Of a DNA stretch of 64,000 nt, positions 22,139 through 32,545 are shown piece by piece. A program made the position numbers and the translations under genes. Origin of the DNA: Pasteurellaceae bacterium (GTDB lineage: Bacteria > Pseudomonadota > Gammaproteobacteria > Enterobacterales > Pasteurellaceae); assembly GCA_030528525.1 (NCBI GenBank), contig JAUMYT010000004.1, positions 68,407-132,406 on the forward strand, given 5' to 3'. Positions within the stretch are counted from its first letter, which is position 1. Every line of letters begins with the position of its first letter. The notes below the pieces were generated by a model. It saw nothing but the letters and a program-made list of their open reading frames with translations. It was not told where the DNA came from and did not search any database.

Positions 22139-23260
22139 TTAAAGTTCTTCTTCAAACTGCTCTTCGGCTTCATCAGCGTTGTCGTTATTATCACTACTAT
22201 CATCAGTCGCCTTAAAAGCGATATTCGGTGACGACATAAACAACTCACGCAAGGCTTTTTCGATATTTTCCGTCTGTTCTGGATTCTCTTTCAGCCATTT
22301 CAACGCATTGTTTTTACCTTGACCGATTTTCTCGCCATTGTAGGAGAACCACGCCCCCGATTTCTTGATTAAATCGTGTTCTACTGCCAAGCCAAGGATT
22401 TCCCCAACTTTTGAAATGCCTTCGCCGTACATAATATCAAATTGTGCGGTGCGGAATGGCGGTGCGACTTTGTTTTTCACAATTTTTACTTTGGTTTCAC
22501 TACCTAAAATCTCTTCGCCATCTTTCACGACACCTGAACGGCGAATATCTAAACGCACAGAGGCATAGAATTTCAACGCATTACCGCCTGTAGTGGTTTC
22601 AGGGTTGCCGAACATCACGCCAATTTTCATACGGATTTGGTTGATAAACACCACCAAACAGTTTGTGGTTTTGACGTTCCCCGTGAGTTTACGCAGAGCT
22701 TGCGACATCAAACGTGCTTGCAAGCCCATATGCGAATCGCCCATATCGCCTTCAATTTCTGCTTTTGGTGTTAAAGCGGCGACGGAGTCCACGATAATCA
22801 CATCCACCGCACCAGAGCGAACTAACGCATCACAAATTTCTAACGCTTGCTCGCCGTGATCGGGCTGAGAAATCAATAATTTATCGGTATCCACACCTAA
22901 TTTGCGAGCGTAAACCGGATCAAGTGCGTGTTCGGCATCAATAAAGGCACAGGTTTTGCCTGCTTTTTGGGCTTCGGCAATCACCGAAAGGGTCAGCGTG
23001 GTTTTACCTGATGATTCAGGCCCATAAATTTCCACAATTCGCCCCATTGGCAAGCCACCAATTCCAAGGGCTAAGTCTAAGCCAATAGAACCCGTTGAAA
23101 CTGCTTCAATATCAAGCTGTTGGGTTGAACCTAAGGTCATAATCGAGCCTTTGCCGAATTGCTTTTCAATTTGAGCGAGTGCAGCGGCAAGGGCTTTATC
23201 TTTTGCTTCTGGATCGGTATGTCTGACAACTTCAGGCGTTTTGGATTTTTTCTCTGCCAT
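22139..23260 (-). CDS. recA: recombinase RecA
   Basis: 373 aa; [19 protein letters not shown]alker A; acidic C-terminal tail. Confidence 0.92.
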   Translation of the reverse strand: MAEKKSKTPEVVRHTDPEAKDKALAAALAQIEKQFGKGSIMTLGSTQQLDIEAVSTGSIGLDLALGIGGLPMGRIVEIYGPESSGKTTLTLSVIAEAQKAGKTCAFIDAEHALDPVYARKLGVDTDKLLISQPDHGEQALEICDALVRSGAVDVIIVDSVAALTPKAEIEGDMGDSHMGLQARLMSQALRKLTGNVKTTNCLVVFINQIRMKIGVMFGNPETTTGGNALKFYASVRLDIRRSGVVKDGEEILGSETKVKIVKNKVAPPFRTAQFDIMYGEGISKVGEILGLAVEHDLIKKSGAWFSYNGEKIGQGKNNALKWLKENPEQTENIEKALRELFMSSPNIAFKATDDSSDNNDNADEAEEQFEEEL

Positions 23261-23309
23261 AAGGCGTTCCTTTCAAGGTTAAATAGGGATAATGTTGGGC
23301 GGTATTATA

Positions 23310-23325
23310 CTGTTTAGATATACAG
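23310..23325. promoter_or_regulatory. LexA (SOS) box upstream of recA
   Basis: taCTGTttagatatACAGtt matches CTGT-N8-ACAG about 50 nt upstream of recA start. Confidence 0.7.
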
Positions 23326-23367
23326 TTTCAACCTTTTTTTATGATTTTTTCGATCCGTGTCGCAAAA

Positions 23368-23970
23368 TTAGATTAAGACTGCTGATCTATTGATCGGAAT
23401 CGCTCGGCTCAATTCAAACGGATTCAACGCATTGATGAGCATAATCTGTTGATAATCAAACAGATTTTCTGGGCAAATTTCCGTCAGTACCACCTGTTTT
23501 TGATCCAGCAAGTAGCTTAATTGCGTGCCTTTGAGCAAATAGTCGGCAGGGCTATACCACACGCCATTTTTCAGCAACAACAAATTGCCAATAGTGCAGT
23601 CGCTCACTTTGCCGTTATTCACGATAATGCTTTCCACATTTTGCATTTTTTGACCGAAATCTACCCCCTTGCGATCGCTGTATTTGAAGCGATAATCTAG
23701 ATTTTCGGTGTAAACACATTGAAATTGCTCAATTTTTCTCGGTTGATAAGGATAAAAGCCGACCGCAAAATCGCTCGCATTGTAATCCATTCGACAGCGA
23801 AAAAAGCCGTGCTGAAATTCCGTTGGGATCGGGATTTGGCGTAGAACCAACCTACATTCCGCCTTGAAATAGTGCTGAAAGGCAAAATTGACCCGTTGCT
23901 GGTGGTATTCTACACGGCGAAATTGCCCATCAACCACCGCCAAGGTTTCAAACAGCGGAAATCGGCACAT
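23368..23970 (-). CDS. pabC: aminodeoxychorismate lyase (class IV aminotransferase fold)
   Basis: 200 aa; overlaps and follows pabB-like gene. Confidence 0.65.
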   Translation of the reverse strand: MCRFPLFETLAVVDGQFRRVEYHQQRVNFAFQHYFKAECRLVLRQIPIPTEFQHGFFRCRMDYNASDFAVGFYPYQPRKIEQFQCVYTENLDYRFKYSDRKGVDFGQKMQNVESIIVNNGKVSDCTIGNLLLLKNGVWYSPADYLLKGTQLSYLLDQKQVVLTEICPENLFDYQQIMLINALNPFELSRAIPINRSAVLI

Positions 23971-24937
23971 ACACTTTTTCCAAAATTTCGTTGTATTCGT
24001 CTTCTAGCACACTTTGTGACGTAATGCCGCCGCCGCTGCGGAAAATCAGCTCGCCATTTTGTTGCTCGATGTAGCGAATTGCCACCGCACTGTCTAAACT
24101 TTCGCCGTCAAAATAGCCAAAAATCCCCGTGTAGTAACCCCGTTCGGCTTGTTCGGCTTGCTGAATAATTTGCACCGTTTTCTCTTTCGGTGCTCCGCTA
24201 ATTGAACCTGCGGGCAAGAGTTTTGCGAGCATTGTGCCGATTTCCGTTTGCCAATTTTCAGGCAAGTCGCCACAAATTTCCGAGCTAGTTTGGTAAATCG
24301 CCCCACGGTGTGTTTGCACTTTTTCCAGATAGCGATATTTGCTGACCTGAATGTGGCGAGAAACCAAGGCGAGATCGTTGCGAATCAAGTCCACAATGGT
24401 GTTATGTTCGGTAAATTCTTTGGGCGAGTTGAGCAACGTTTCTGCTGCATTTGGTTCGTTGGCGTTGATCGTGCCTTTCATCGGGTAGGAGTAGATTTTG
24501 TTATGCTCAATTCGCACAAAACATTCGGGCGAAAAGCAGACAAATTGCCCGTTTAAATGCAGTTTATATTTGGCTCGGCTGGCAGAAAAAATCTCTGCCA
24601 AACTGTAATTGGTTTGGATCTTGGTTTGGCAAGTGAGATTGAGCAAATAGCTGTTGCCTGCTTGAATTTCTCGCTGCACGAGTGCGAAGGCTTGCTGATA
24701 GTGGGCGTAATCAGTCGGCTCGAAAGCAAATTCAAACGGTTTGGCAACGGCTTGGTTTTCGCTATTTGCGTTGTGTGGAAAGATAAACGAAATGCCGTGT
24801 TGATGAGCTTGCTCAAGCGGTGCGATCAACGGCTTTTTTTGCTCAAAATCGATCAGAAAAAAGAACGGCTTTCTTTGTTGCCCGAACTGGTTGGCGGTGT
24901 GGATAAAGTGTTGCATTTCGCCCTGAATATCAATCAA
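23948..24937 (-). CDS. pabB: aminodeoxychorismate synthase component I (short chorismate-binding form)
   Basis: 329 aa; chorismate-binding C-terminal motifs (GAPK...SGGGI). Confidence 0.75.
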   Translation of the reverse strand: MIDIQGEMQHFIHTANQFGQQRKPFFFLIDFEQKKPLIAPLEQAHQHGISFIFPHNANSENQAVAKPFEFAFEPTDYAHYQQAFALVQREIQAGNSYLLNLTCQTKIQTNYSLAEIFSASRAKYKLHLNGQFVCFSPECFVRIEHNKIYSYPMKGTINANEPNAAETLLNSPKEFTEHNTIVDLIRNDLALVSRHIQVSKYRYLEKVQTHRGAIYQTSSEICGDLPENWQTEIGTMLAKLLPAGSISGAPKEKTVQIIQQAEQAERGYYTGIFGYFDGESLDSAVAIRYIEQQNGELIFRSGGGITSQSVLEDEYNEILEKVYVPISAV

Positions 24938-25007
24938 ATAAAGCGGATTATAGCAAGTTTTGACCCCAAGGCGTGCTATTGTTTTGATAGTTTGGTGTTA
25001 TACGAAA

Positions 25008-25077
25008 GTAGGGGCGAACCTATGTGTTCGCCCTCTCTAATTTTGGTATTCGGGCGGACACACAGGTCCGCCCCTAC
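25008..25077. repeat. Family C palindrome, copy 4
   Basis: gtaggggcgaacctatgtgttcgccc...gggcggacacacaggtccgcccctac. Confidence 0.8.
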
Positions 25078-25121
25078 GCTAATGAAAAAACATACAGAGC
25101 AATAAAATCTCCCCAAGAATG

Positions 25122-26099
25122 TTATTTACTCACCGCCTTCTGCCAAGTCGCTAACCATTGTTTCACAGTTTCGGTGCTTGGTTCGCCGTAGTTGAGCGTT
25201 TTATAGGTTGGCAAGGTGTTGAACAGCGGATCGGCTTGGCTGCTGACCACGGGTTTCATCACGTTATGGAAAGAGATGATTTTTTGGGCTTCTGGCTGTT
25301 GTAAGAATGCCAAGAAGTCTTTCGCCAATTTCGGCTGTTTGCTCGCTTTGGTAATTGCAGCCACTTCTGTTTGTACCAAATGCCCTTCGTCAAAGTTGGC
25401 GGCAACGTAGTTTTCATCTTTCTCGTGCCATTGGTGGTAAAGTGGCGATGTGGCATAACTTAACACTAAATCCGATTCGCCTTTTAAGAACGCTCCGTAG
25501 GTTTCTGACCAGCCTTTGCCGACCGTCACGGTGTGTTTGGCGAGATCTTGCCACGCTTGCTCGGCGTTATCGCCATAGACGGTGTTTACCCAGAACAGCA
25601 AGCCACGTCCGACGGTGCTGGTGCGTGGATCTTGGTAAATCACTTTCAGATCTTGGCGTTCGACCAACTCTTTCAAACTTTTCGGCGGATTAGCGAGTTT
25701 TTCTTTGTTATAGATGAACGCATATTCGCCGAAGTCGTACGGCATAAAGGTTTTGTCGTTCCACGCTAAATCTAAGCCGCTCGTGTCCAAGCCGTGTGCC
25801 ACGAACAAGCCTGATTTTTCGGCTTCAGGCATCACGAAATTGTCAATGCCGAGCATCACATCAGCTTTGGTTTTATCGCCTTCTAAGCGGATACGGTTGA
25901 ACATCGTCACGCCATCTTCAAACGGCATAAATTTCAAATCGCAGCTGCATTGCTGTTCAAACAAGGCTTCCAATTTCGGTGCAGGCCCCCATTCGGATGT
26001 GAAGGAGTCGTAGGTGTACACGTTTAAGGTCGGTTGATTGGCGGCTGCCGATAAAGATAAAGCAAGAGCGGAAAGGGCGAAAGTGGTTTTGAATTTCAT
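25122..26099 (-). CDS. thiB: thiamine ABC transporter substrate-binding protein
   Basis: 325 aa with signal peptide, family-1 SBP; preceded by TPP riboswitch; no thiP/thiQ adjacent. Confidence 0.8.
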   Translation of the reverse strand: MKFKTTFALSALALSLSAAANQPTLNVYTYDSFTSEWGPAPKLEALFEQQCSCDLKFMPFEDGVTMFNRIRLEGDKTKADVMLGIDNFVMPEAEKSGLFVAHGLDTSGLDLAWNDKTFMPYDFGEYAFIYNKEKLANPPKSLKELVERQDLKVIYQDPRTSTVGRGLLFWVNTVYGDNAEQAWQDLAKHTVTVGKGWSETYGAFLKGESDLVLSYATSPLYHQWHEKDENYVAANFDEGHLVQTEVAAITKASKQPKLAKDFLAFLQQPEAQKIISFHNVMKPVVSSQADPLFNTLPTYKTLNYGEPSTETVKQWLATWQKAVSK

Positions 26100-26141
26100 T
26101 GAATGTTCCTTCTAAAATGTGAAATAGAAGGATTTAAAACT

Positions 26142-26240
26142 GGAGCGAAAAGTCAGTTCCTGTCTCAAATCCCTACGCTGATATTAGTCAGATCAGGTTC
26201 TATGGGTATTTCTCAGCTTTGCGAACAAAGCACCCCAATG
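26142..26240 (-). promoter_or_regulatory. TPP riboswitch (THI element) in thiB leader
   Basis: Minus strand GGGGTGC...GCTGAGAAATACCC...GAACCTGATCTGACTAATATCAGCGTAGGGA matches the THI-box consensus. Confidence 0.8.
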
Positions 26241-26278
26241 AGAACGGGCGGATTATACCGCTGTTAAAGAAAGTGGTG

Positions 26279-26310
26279 CAAGGGGGTGAGAATTTCAAAA
26301 ATTTTGCAAA
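26279..26310. repeat. Family A repeat
   Basis: caagggggtgagaatttcaaaaattttgcaaa. Confidence 0.7.
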
Positions 26311-26364
26311 TCCTCGGTAAATCGCTACAATGCTCGGGTTTTTCACAATCAATAAGGAAACCCT

Positions 26365-27027
26365 ATGAAAATCGCAAAAAATGTTGTGCCAAGTATTGCT
26401 TACCAAGTACGTACTCAAGACGGCGTATTAGTGGACGAAGCTCCAGTACAACAACCTTTAGAATACTTACACGGTCACAATAATTTAGTTGTTGGTTTAG
26501 AAAATGCATTAGAAGGCAAAGCGGTTGGCGATGTGTTTGAAGTGCGTGTGAAACCTGAAGAAGGCTACGGCGAATACAACGAAAATATGGTGCAACGTGT
26601 GCCAAAATACGTGTTTATGGGCGTGGACGAATTAGAAGTGGGGATGCGTTTTATCGCTGACACTGATGTCGGTCCATTGCCTGTGGTGATTACTGCAGTT
26701 GAAGGCGATGAAGTGGTGGTAGACGGCAACCATATGTTAGCTGGTCAAGAATTGCTATTCAGCGTGGAAGTGGTTGCCACTCGTGAAGCGACCTTAGAAG
26801 AAATCGCCCACGGTCACGTGCATCAAGAAGGTGGCTGCTGTGGCGGTCACGACAGCGATGAAGAAGGTCACGGCTGTGGTTGTGGTAGCCACCATCATCA
26901 CCATCACGATGAAGAAGCCCACGAAGGTTGCTGTGATGAACATCATCACCATCACCACAATGGCGAGTGCTGCGATGAACACCATCACCATCATCACACT
27001 GCAGATGAAACGTGCAAAAAGCACTAA
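26365..27027 (+). CDS. slyD: FKBP-type peptidyl-prolyl isomerase SlyD with long His/Cys-rich tail
   Basis: 220 aa; FKBP plus IF domain, then ...GGCCGGHDSDEEGHGCGCGSHHHHHHDEEAHEGCCDEHHHHHHNGECCDEHHHHHH. Confidence 0.85.
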   Translation: MKIAKNVVPSIAYQVRTQDGVLVDEAPVQQPLEYLHGHNNLVVGLENALEGKAVGDVFEVRVKPEEGYGEYNENMVQRVPKYVFMGVDELEVGMRFIADTDVGPLPVVITAVEGDEVVVDGNHMLAGQELLFSVEVVATREATLEEIAHGHVHQEGGCCGGHDSDEEGHGCGCGSHHHHHHDEEAHEGCCDEHHHHHHNGECCDEHHHHHHTADETCKKH

Positions 27028-27042
27028 TATCAAGGTTAACCA

Positions 27043-28569
27043 ATGAGTGAGACCCAACTCAACACCGGCACGGATTACCTCCGTGCCATTTTAAGTTCTA
27101 AAATCTACGATCTTGCCCAAGTCACGCCCTTGCAAAAAATGGAAAAATTGTCGGAGCGTTTGGGCAATACGATTCTGATCAAACGAGAAGATCGCCAGCC
27201 TGTTCACAGTTTCAAACTGCGTGGGGCTTATGCGATGATCTCCAGCCTTTCTGCTAAACAAAAAGCCGCTGGCGTGATTGCGGCATCTGCGGGCAACCAC
27301 GCTCAAGGCGTGGCACTTTCTGCAAAACATCTCGGCTTGCGAGCATTGATTGTGATGCCACAAAATACGCCGTCAATTAAAGTGGATGCGGTACGTTCAT
27401 TTGGTGGCGAAGTGTTGCTGTATGGGGCGAATTTTGACGAAGCCAAAGCCAAAGCCTTAGAACTTTCCGAAGAATTACAAATGACCTTTGTTCATCCCTT
27501 CGATCACCCATTAGTGATTGCAGGGCAAGGAGCAATCGGTTTGGAATTGGTGCAACAGAGCAACCATTTGGATTATGTGTTTGTGCCAGTCGGCGGTGGC
27601 GGTTTAGCCGCAGGCGTGGCGGTGCTGATTAAACAGCTAATGCCTGAAACTAGAGTAATTGCAGTCGAATCGAAAGATTCCGCCTGCCTATTCCACGCCT
27701 TGCAAGCAGGCAAGCCTGTTGAATTAGATCGTGTCGGTTTGTTTGCGGACGGCGTGGCGGTGAAACGCATTGGCGATGAAACCTTCCGCCTGTGTCAGCA
27801 GTACATTGATGATGTGGTTCTGGTCGATAATGATGAAATTTGTGCGGCACTCAAAGACATTTTTGAGAATGTGCGAGCGGTAGCAGAGCCGTCAGGGGCG
27901 TTGTCGTTGGCAGGGCTGAAAAAATATCTCGATCAATATCAAATCCAAGGCAAGCAGTTTGCTTGCGTGCTGTCGGGGGCGAATATGAATTTCCATACCC
28001 TCCGCTATGTGTCGGAGCGTTGTGAAATTGGCGAAAAACAGGAAGCCTTGATTGCGGTAACGATCCCTGAACAGAAAGGGGCATTTTTGACCTTCTGTGA
28101 AATTCTCGGCAACCGTGCGGTCACTGAATTTAACTACCGCCACGCAGACGATCAACGCGCGTGCATTTTCGTGGGCGTGCGAGTGAGTGGCAATAAAGAG
28201 AAGTTAGAGATCATCAAAAGCCTGCAAGAAAATGGCTACGATGTGGAAGATTTGTCCGATGACGACATCGCCAAAACCCATATTCGCTATATGATCGGCG
28301 GTCGCCCTGCGTCTATTCCACAAGAAGTGCTGTATCGTTTTGATTTCCCAGAACAGAAAGGGGCGTTGCTCAACTTCTTGCAGAAATTGATCGATTGGGA
28401 CATTTCGCTGTTCCACTATCGAGCTCACGGGGCGGACTACGGCGATATTTTAGCGGCGTTTGTAGTCAATGAAGACGAACACGAACAGTTCAAACAAGAT
28501 TTGGTGCGTTTAGGCTACCGCTCGCAGAATGTCAGCGACAGCTTGGCGTATCAGTATTTTTTGAAATAA
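27043..28569 (+). CDS. ilvA: threonine ammonia-lyase, biosynthetic
   Basis: 508 aa; PLP lysine motif SFKLRGA; two C-terminal regulatory domains. Confidence 0.9.
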   Translation: MSETQLNTGTDYLRAILSSKIYDLAQVTPLQKMEKLSERLGNTILIKREDRQPVHSFKLRGAYAMISSLSAKQKAAGVIAASAGNHAQGVALSAKHLGLRALIVMPQNTPSIKVDAVRSFGGEVLLYGANFDEAKAKALELSEELQMTFVHPFDHPLVIAGQGAIGLELVQQSNHLDYVFVPVGGGGLAAGVAVLIKQLMPETRVIAVESKDSACLFHALQAGKPVELDRVGLFADGVAVKRIGDETFRLCQQYIDDVVLVDNDEICAALKDIFENVRAVAEPSGALSLAGLKKYLDQYQIQGKQFACVLSGANMNFHTLRYVSERCEIGEKQEALIAVTIPEQKGAFLTFCEILGNRAVTEFNYRHADDQRACIFVGVRVSGNKEKLEIIKSLQENGYDVEDLSDDDIAKTHIRYMIGGRPASIPQEVLYRFDFPEQKGALLNFLQKLIDWDISLFHYRAHGADYGDILAAFVVNEDEHEQFKQDLVRLGYRSQNVSDSLAYQYFLK

Positions 28570-28578
28570 CGTACTTTA

Positions 28579-28750
28579 CTCTCTCCCGTTTACGGGAGAG
28601 AGACAGCAAAAAATGCGTTCAGTATTTTTTGCAGAGAGAGGGCAACAAGTAGTGATGTATCACTTATTTTTAAATTTAGAAGCCCTCTCCCTCCGAAAAT
28701 CCTATGGATTTTCTCCACCCTCTCCCGTAAACGGGAGAGGGTAATTGATA
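28579..28750. repeat. Family B MITE-like element with hairpin termini (CCCGTTTACGGG)
   Basis: ctctctcccgtttacgggagagagac...ccctctcccgtaaacgggagaggg. Confidence 0.75.
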
Positions 28751-28813
28751 GGGAGTAGATTTGCAGAAAATTGCAAAGATCTGCCCCCTTGCATTGGGGA
28801 TTATCACAGTTTC

Positions 28814-28879
28814 GTAGGATGGGCTTTAGCCCATCAATATCATAAATAGATTAAAATGATGGGCTAAAGCCCATCCTAC
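28814..28879. repeat. Family C palindrome, copy 5
   Basis: gtaggatgggctttagcccatc...gatgggctaaagcccatcctac. Confidence 0.8.
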
Positions 28880-28892
28880 ATTAGGATAAAAA

Positions 28893-30227
28893 ATGGCAAA
28901 TCGTAAATATTTCGGCACAGACGGCGTGCGTGGCGAAGTGGGAAAATTCCCCATCACGCCTGAATTTGCATTAAAACTGGGTTGGGCAGCAGGCAAAATC
29001 CTTGCCACACAAGGCTCTAAGAAAGTGTTGATCGGCAAAGACACTCGTATTTCAGGCTATATGCTGGAATCCGCATTGGAAGCGGGGTTAGCTGCCGCTG
29101 GGCTTTCTACTGCATTCACTGGCCCAATGCCAACGCCAGCGATTGCCTATCTCACTCGAACTTTCCGTGCTGAAGCAGGCATTGTGATTTCTGCATCGCA
29201 CAACCCCTATTACGACAACGGCATCAAGTTCTTCTCAGCGAGTGGCGAAAAACTGCCCGATGAGGTGGAAGAAGCTATCGAAAAATTGCTTGATGAGCCG
29301 ATGGATTGCGTTAGCTCTGCCGATTTAGGGCGAGCCAGCCGAATCAACGATGCCGCAGGGCGTTATATCGAATTTTGCAAAAGCACTTTCCCAGTCCATT
29401 TAAGCCTTGAAGGGTTCAAAATTGTGGTGGACTGTGCTAATGGAGCGACCTACCACATTGCGCCAAACGTGATGCGTGAACTTGGGGCGGAAGTGATTGA
29501 AATCGGCACACTCCCTGATGGCTTGAATATCAACGAAAAATGCGGTGCGACAGACATCAACGCTTTACAAAAAGTCGTGGTAGAGTCAGGTGCGGATGTC
29601 GGCTTAGCCTACGACGGCGATGGCGACCGCTTGATTATGGTCGATCACTTAGGCAATAAAGTCGATGGCGACCAAATCCTATTCATCATTGCTCGTGAAG
29701 CCTTGCGTGCAGGTAAATTGCAAGGCGGTGTGGTCGGTACCTTAATGAGCAATATGAGCTTGGAAATCGCCTTAAAAGATCTGGCGATTCCATTCGTGCG
29801 TGCCAACGTGGGCGACCGCTATGTGCTTGAATTACTGAAAGAAAAAGGCTGGAAGTTCGGCGGCGAAAACTCGGGGCATATCATTGTGCTAGACAAAAAC
29901 ACCACAGGCGATGGTATTGTGGCATCGTTGGAAGTGCTGGCTGCAATGGCAAATCACAAATTGAGCTTGAACGAATTGGCGAAAGCCGTGCCGTTGTTCC
30001 CACAAGTGTTGCTGAACGTGCGGTTTGAAGGCGGAGCAAATCCACTAGAAAGCGAAGAGGTGAAAGCGGTAGCCGCTGCTGTGGAGCAACGCTTGGCAGG
30101 TAAAGGACGCATTCTTCTACGGAAATCAGGCACCGAGCCGTTAATTCGTGTGATGGTAGAATGCCAAGATGCGGAGCTAGCACAACGTAGTGCTGAAGAA
30201 ATTGTTGAAGCGGTGAAAAGGAATTAA
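28893..30227 (+). CDS. glmM: phosphoglucosamine mutase
   Basis: 444 aa; active site SASHNP. Confidence 0.9.
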   Translation: MANRKYFGTDGVRGEVGKFPITPEFALKLGWAAGKILATQGSKKVLIGKDTRISGYMLESALEAGLAAAGLSTAFTGPMPTPAIAYLTRTFRAEAGIVISASHNPYYDNGIKFFSASGEKLPDEVEEAIEKLLDEPMDCVSSADLGRASRINDAAGRYIEFCKSTFPVHLSLEGFKIVVDCANGATYHIAPNVMRELGAEVIEIGTLPDGLNINEKCGATDINALQKVVVESGADVGLAYDGDGDRLIMVDHLGNKVDGDQILFIIAREALRAGKLQGGVVGTLMSNMSLEIALKDLAIPFVRANVGDRYVLELLKEKGWKFGGENSGHIIVLDKNTTGDGIVASLEVLAAMANHKLSLNELAKAVPLFPQVLLNVRFEGGANPLESEEVKAVAAAVEQRLAGKGRILLRKSGTEPLIRVMVECQDAELAQRSAEEIVEAVKRN

Positions 30228-30286
30228 GGCAAGCGGTGCGATGAGTAATGTTTTTTACACATCGTGCCGTTTTTGTAATCATTATG

Positions 30287-30345
30287 TAGGATGGGCTTTA
30301 GCCCATCCTACAGATATTTGAGTGATGGGCTAAAGCCCATCCTAC
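30287..30345. repeat. Family C palindrome, copy 6 (two hairpins each followed by CCTAC)
   Basis: gtaggatgggctttagcccatcctac...gatgggctaaagcccatcctac. Confidence 0.8.
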
Positions 30346-30357
30346 GATTAAGGGAAA

Positions 30358-31020
30358 ATGATGGATCAACTAGAAATGAAAAAAATTGCGGCACGAGCGG
30401 CGTTACAATATGTGAAACCTGACACCATTGTCGGTGTGGGAAGCGGTTCAACGGTAAACTGCTTCATTGAAGCCTTGGGCGAAATGCGTGATGAGATCAA
30501 AGGGGCGGTGGCAGCCTCCAAAAATTCCGAAGAGTTACTTCGCAAACAAGGCATTGAAGTGTTCAACGCCAACGATGTGTCAAGCCTTGATGTCTATATT
30601 GACGGGGCGGACGAAATCACGCCACAGGGCTATATGATCAAAGGTGGCGGTGCGGCATTAACCCGTGAAAAAATCGTCAGCTCGCTAGCGAAGAAATTCG
30701 TTTGCATTGTGGACGAAAGCAAACAAGTGGACGTGCTCGGCTCGACTTTCGCTTTGCCTGTGGAAGTGATCCCAATGGCTCGCTCCTACGTTGCTCGCCA
30801 ATTAGTCGCCTTAGGCGGCAGCCCAGAATGGCGTGAAAATGTGGTCACAGACAACGGCAACGTGATTTTAGATGTGTACAATTTCAAAATCCTAGAACCG
30901 CTCAAAATGGAGCAGACGATCAACAACATCGCAGGAGTCGTCACCAACGGCATTTTCGCCCAACGCTACGCTAACGTGACCATTGTCGGCACACCAAGCG
31001 GGGCGAAGATTATTGAATAA
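30358..31020 (+). CDS. rpiA: ribose-5-phosphate isomerase A
   Basis: 220 aa; GVGSGSTV and DGADE motifs. Confidence 0.9.
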   Translation: MMDQLEMKKIAARAALQYVKPDTIVGVGSGSTVNCFIEALGEMRDEIKGAVAASKNSEELLRKQGIEVFNANDVSSLDVYIDGADEITPQGYMIKGGGAALTREKIVSSLAKKFVCIVDESKQVDVLGSTFALPVEVIPMARSYVARQLVALGGSPEWRENVVTDNGNVILDVYNFKILEPLKMEQTINNIAGVVTNGIFAQRYANVTIVGTPSGAKIIE

Positions 31021-31063
31021 CAAGGGGGCAGATTTTTGAAAAAATCTGCAAAATCTTTTTGGG
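31021..31063. repeat. Family A repeat
   Basis: caagggggcagatttttgaaaaaatctgcaaaatctttttggg, directly after rpiA stop. Confidence 0.7.
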
Positions 31064-31170
31064 ACGTATGCAATACGTCCCTACATTAGATGATGATCGA
31101 AAAATGGGAAAAATCCCCGTTTGTAGGGGCGTATTGCATACGCCCACGGACGCAAACATTGCGTCCCTAC
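31061..31170. repeat. Family C compound element (three hairpins framed by GTAGG/CCTAC)
   Basis: gggacgtatgcaatacgtccctac...gtaggggcgtattgcatacgccc acggacgcaaacattgcgtccctac. Confidence 0.75.
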
Positions 31171-31205
31171 ATTTATAACGTACAAACACAACATTCGGAG
31201 CTATT

Positions 31206-32438
31206 ATGACAACAAAAGTTTCTCTTGATAAATCCAAAATCAAATTCGTCCTACTTGAAGGCGTGCACCAAAACGCCCTTGATGCCCTAAAAGCCGCAGG
31301 CTATACCAATATCGACTTCTACAAAAAAGCGTTAGACGGTCAGGAATTGGTCGAGGCGATCAAAGATGCCCACTTTGTCGGCATTCGTTCCCGCACTTTT
31401 TTAACCGAAGAAGTACTGGCACAAGCCCCGAAACTCATCGCCATCGGCTGTTTCTGTATCGGCACTAACCAAGTGGATCTGGAAGCTGCTAAACGCCGTG
31501 GGATTCCTGTGTTCAACGCCCCGTTCTCCAACACTCGCTCGGTGGCGGAATTGGTCTTGGGCGAAATTTTGTTATTGATGCGTCAAGTGCCCACAGCAAA
31601 TGCAGAAGTTCACCGTGGCATTTGGAATAAATCCGCCACAGGCTGTAACGAAGTGCGTGGCAAAAATCTTGGGATTATCGGCTACGGACATATCGGTTCG
31701 CAATTGAGCATTTTGGCGGAAGCCATTGGTATGCGAGTCTATTTCTACGACATCGAAAACAAATTGCCACTAGGTAACGCTCAACAAGTTGCTAGCCTTG
31801 ATGAATTATTGGCGTTCAGCGATGCCGTTTCATTGCACGTGCCTGAAAATCCATCGACCAAAAATTTATTAAATGCCAGCAATCTGTCGAAAGTGAAAAA
31901 AGATGCGGTGATCATCAATGCGGCTCGTGGCACGGTGGTGGATATTGATGCGTTGGTCGATGTGTTGAAATCAGGGCATATTCGTGGGGCAGCGTTAGAC
32001 GTGTTCCCTGAAGAGCCGGCGTCCATCAACGATCCATTTGTTTCGCCATTAACCGCATTTGACAACGTGATTTTAACCCCGCACATTGGCGGATCGACCT
32101 CCGAAGCACAGGCGAATATCGGCTCGGAAGTGGCAAATAAATTCGTGAAATATTCCGACAACGGCTCCACACTCTCTGCGGTAAACTTCCCAGAAGTTTC
32201 CCTACCAGAACACAGCGGCACCAAGCGTTTGTTACACATTCACACCAACAAACCAGGTATTTTGAACAAAATCAACCAAGTGTTCGTGGATTTAGAGGTA
32301 AACATCGCCGCCCAATACTTACAAACCGACCCAACCATTGGTTATGTGGTGATTGATGTCGAATCAGAAAATACTGACGAAGCATTAAAACGTTTGAAAG
32401 CGATTGATGGCACCATCCGCAGCCGTGTGTTGTATTAG
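31206..32438 (+). CDS. serA: D-3-phosphoglycerate dehydrogenase
   Basis: 410 aa; NAD-binding GIIGYGHIGSQ; C-terminal ACT domain. Confidence 0.9.
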   Translation: MTTKVSLDKSKIKFVLLEGVHQNALDALKAAGYTNIDFYKKALDGQELVEAIKDAHFVGIRSRTFLTEEVLAQAPKLIAIGCFCIGTNQVDLEAAKRRGIPVFNAPFSNTRSVAELVLGEILLLMRQVPTANAEVHRGIWNKSATGCNEVRGKNLGIIGYGHIGSQLSILAEAIGMRVYFYDIENKLPLGNAQQVASLDELLAFSDAVSLHVPENPSTKNLLNASNLSKVKKDAVIINAARGTVVDIDALVDVLKSGHIRGAALDVFPEEPASINDPFVSPLTAFDNVILTPHIGGSTSEAQANIGSEVANKFVKYSDNGSTLSAVNFPEVSLPEHSGTKRLLHIHTNKPGILNKINQVFVDLEVNIAAQYLQTDPTIGYVVIDVESENTDEALKRLKAIDGTIRSRVLY

Positions 32439-32507
32439 GGCTTAAGCAATTCTATTGTTAGATAGAACACAATAGTATTGCTTTGATTTTAACCATTTTT
32501 GAATGGA

Positions 32508-32540
32508 AAAAGGCACTTGTTATATGCAAGTGCCTGTTTG
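32508..32540. terminator. Bidirectional hairpin between serA and island gene
   Basis: aaaaaGGCACTTGttatatgCAAGTGCCtgttt: 8-bp stem flanked by A-run and T-run. Confidence 0.5.
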
Positions 32541-32545
32541 AATCA

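Noticed and set aside
26759-27057. ORFs 26759..27043, 26794..27057 and 26831..27046 (His-, Val- and Thr-rich low-complexity proteins)
   Set aside because: They are alternative frames or the antisense strand of the CAT/CAC/GGT repeats encoding the SlyD His/Cys tail, and are not independent genes.
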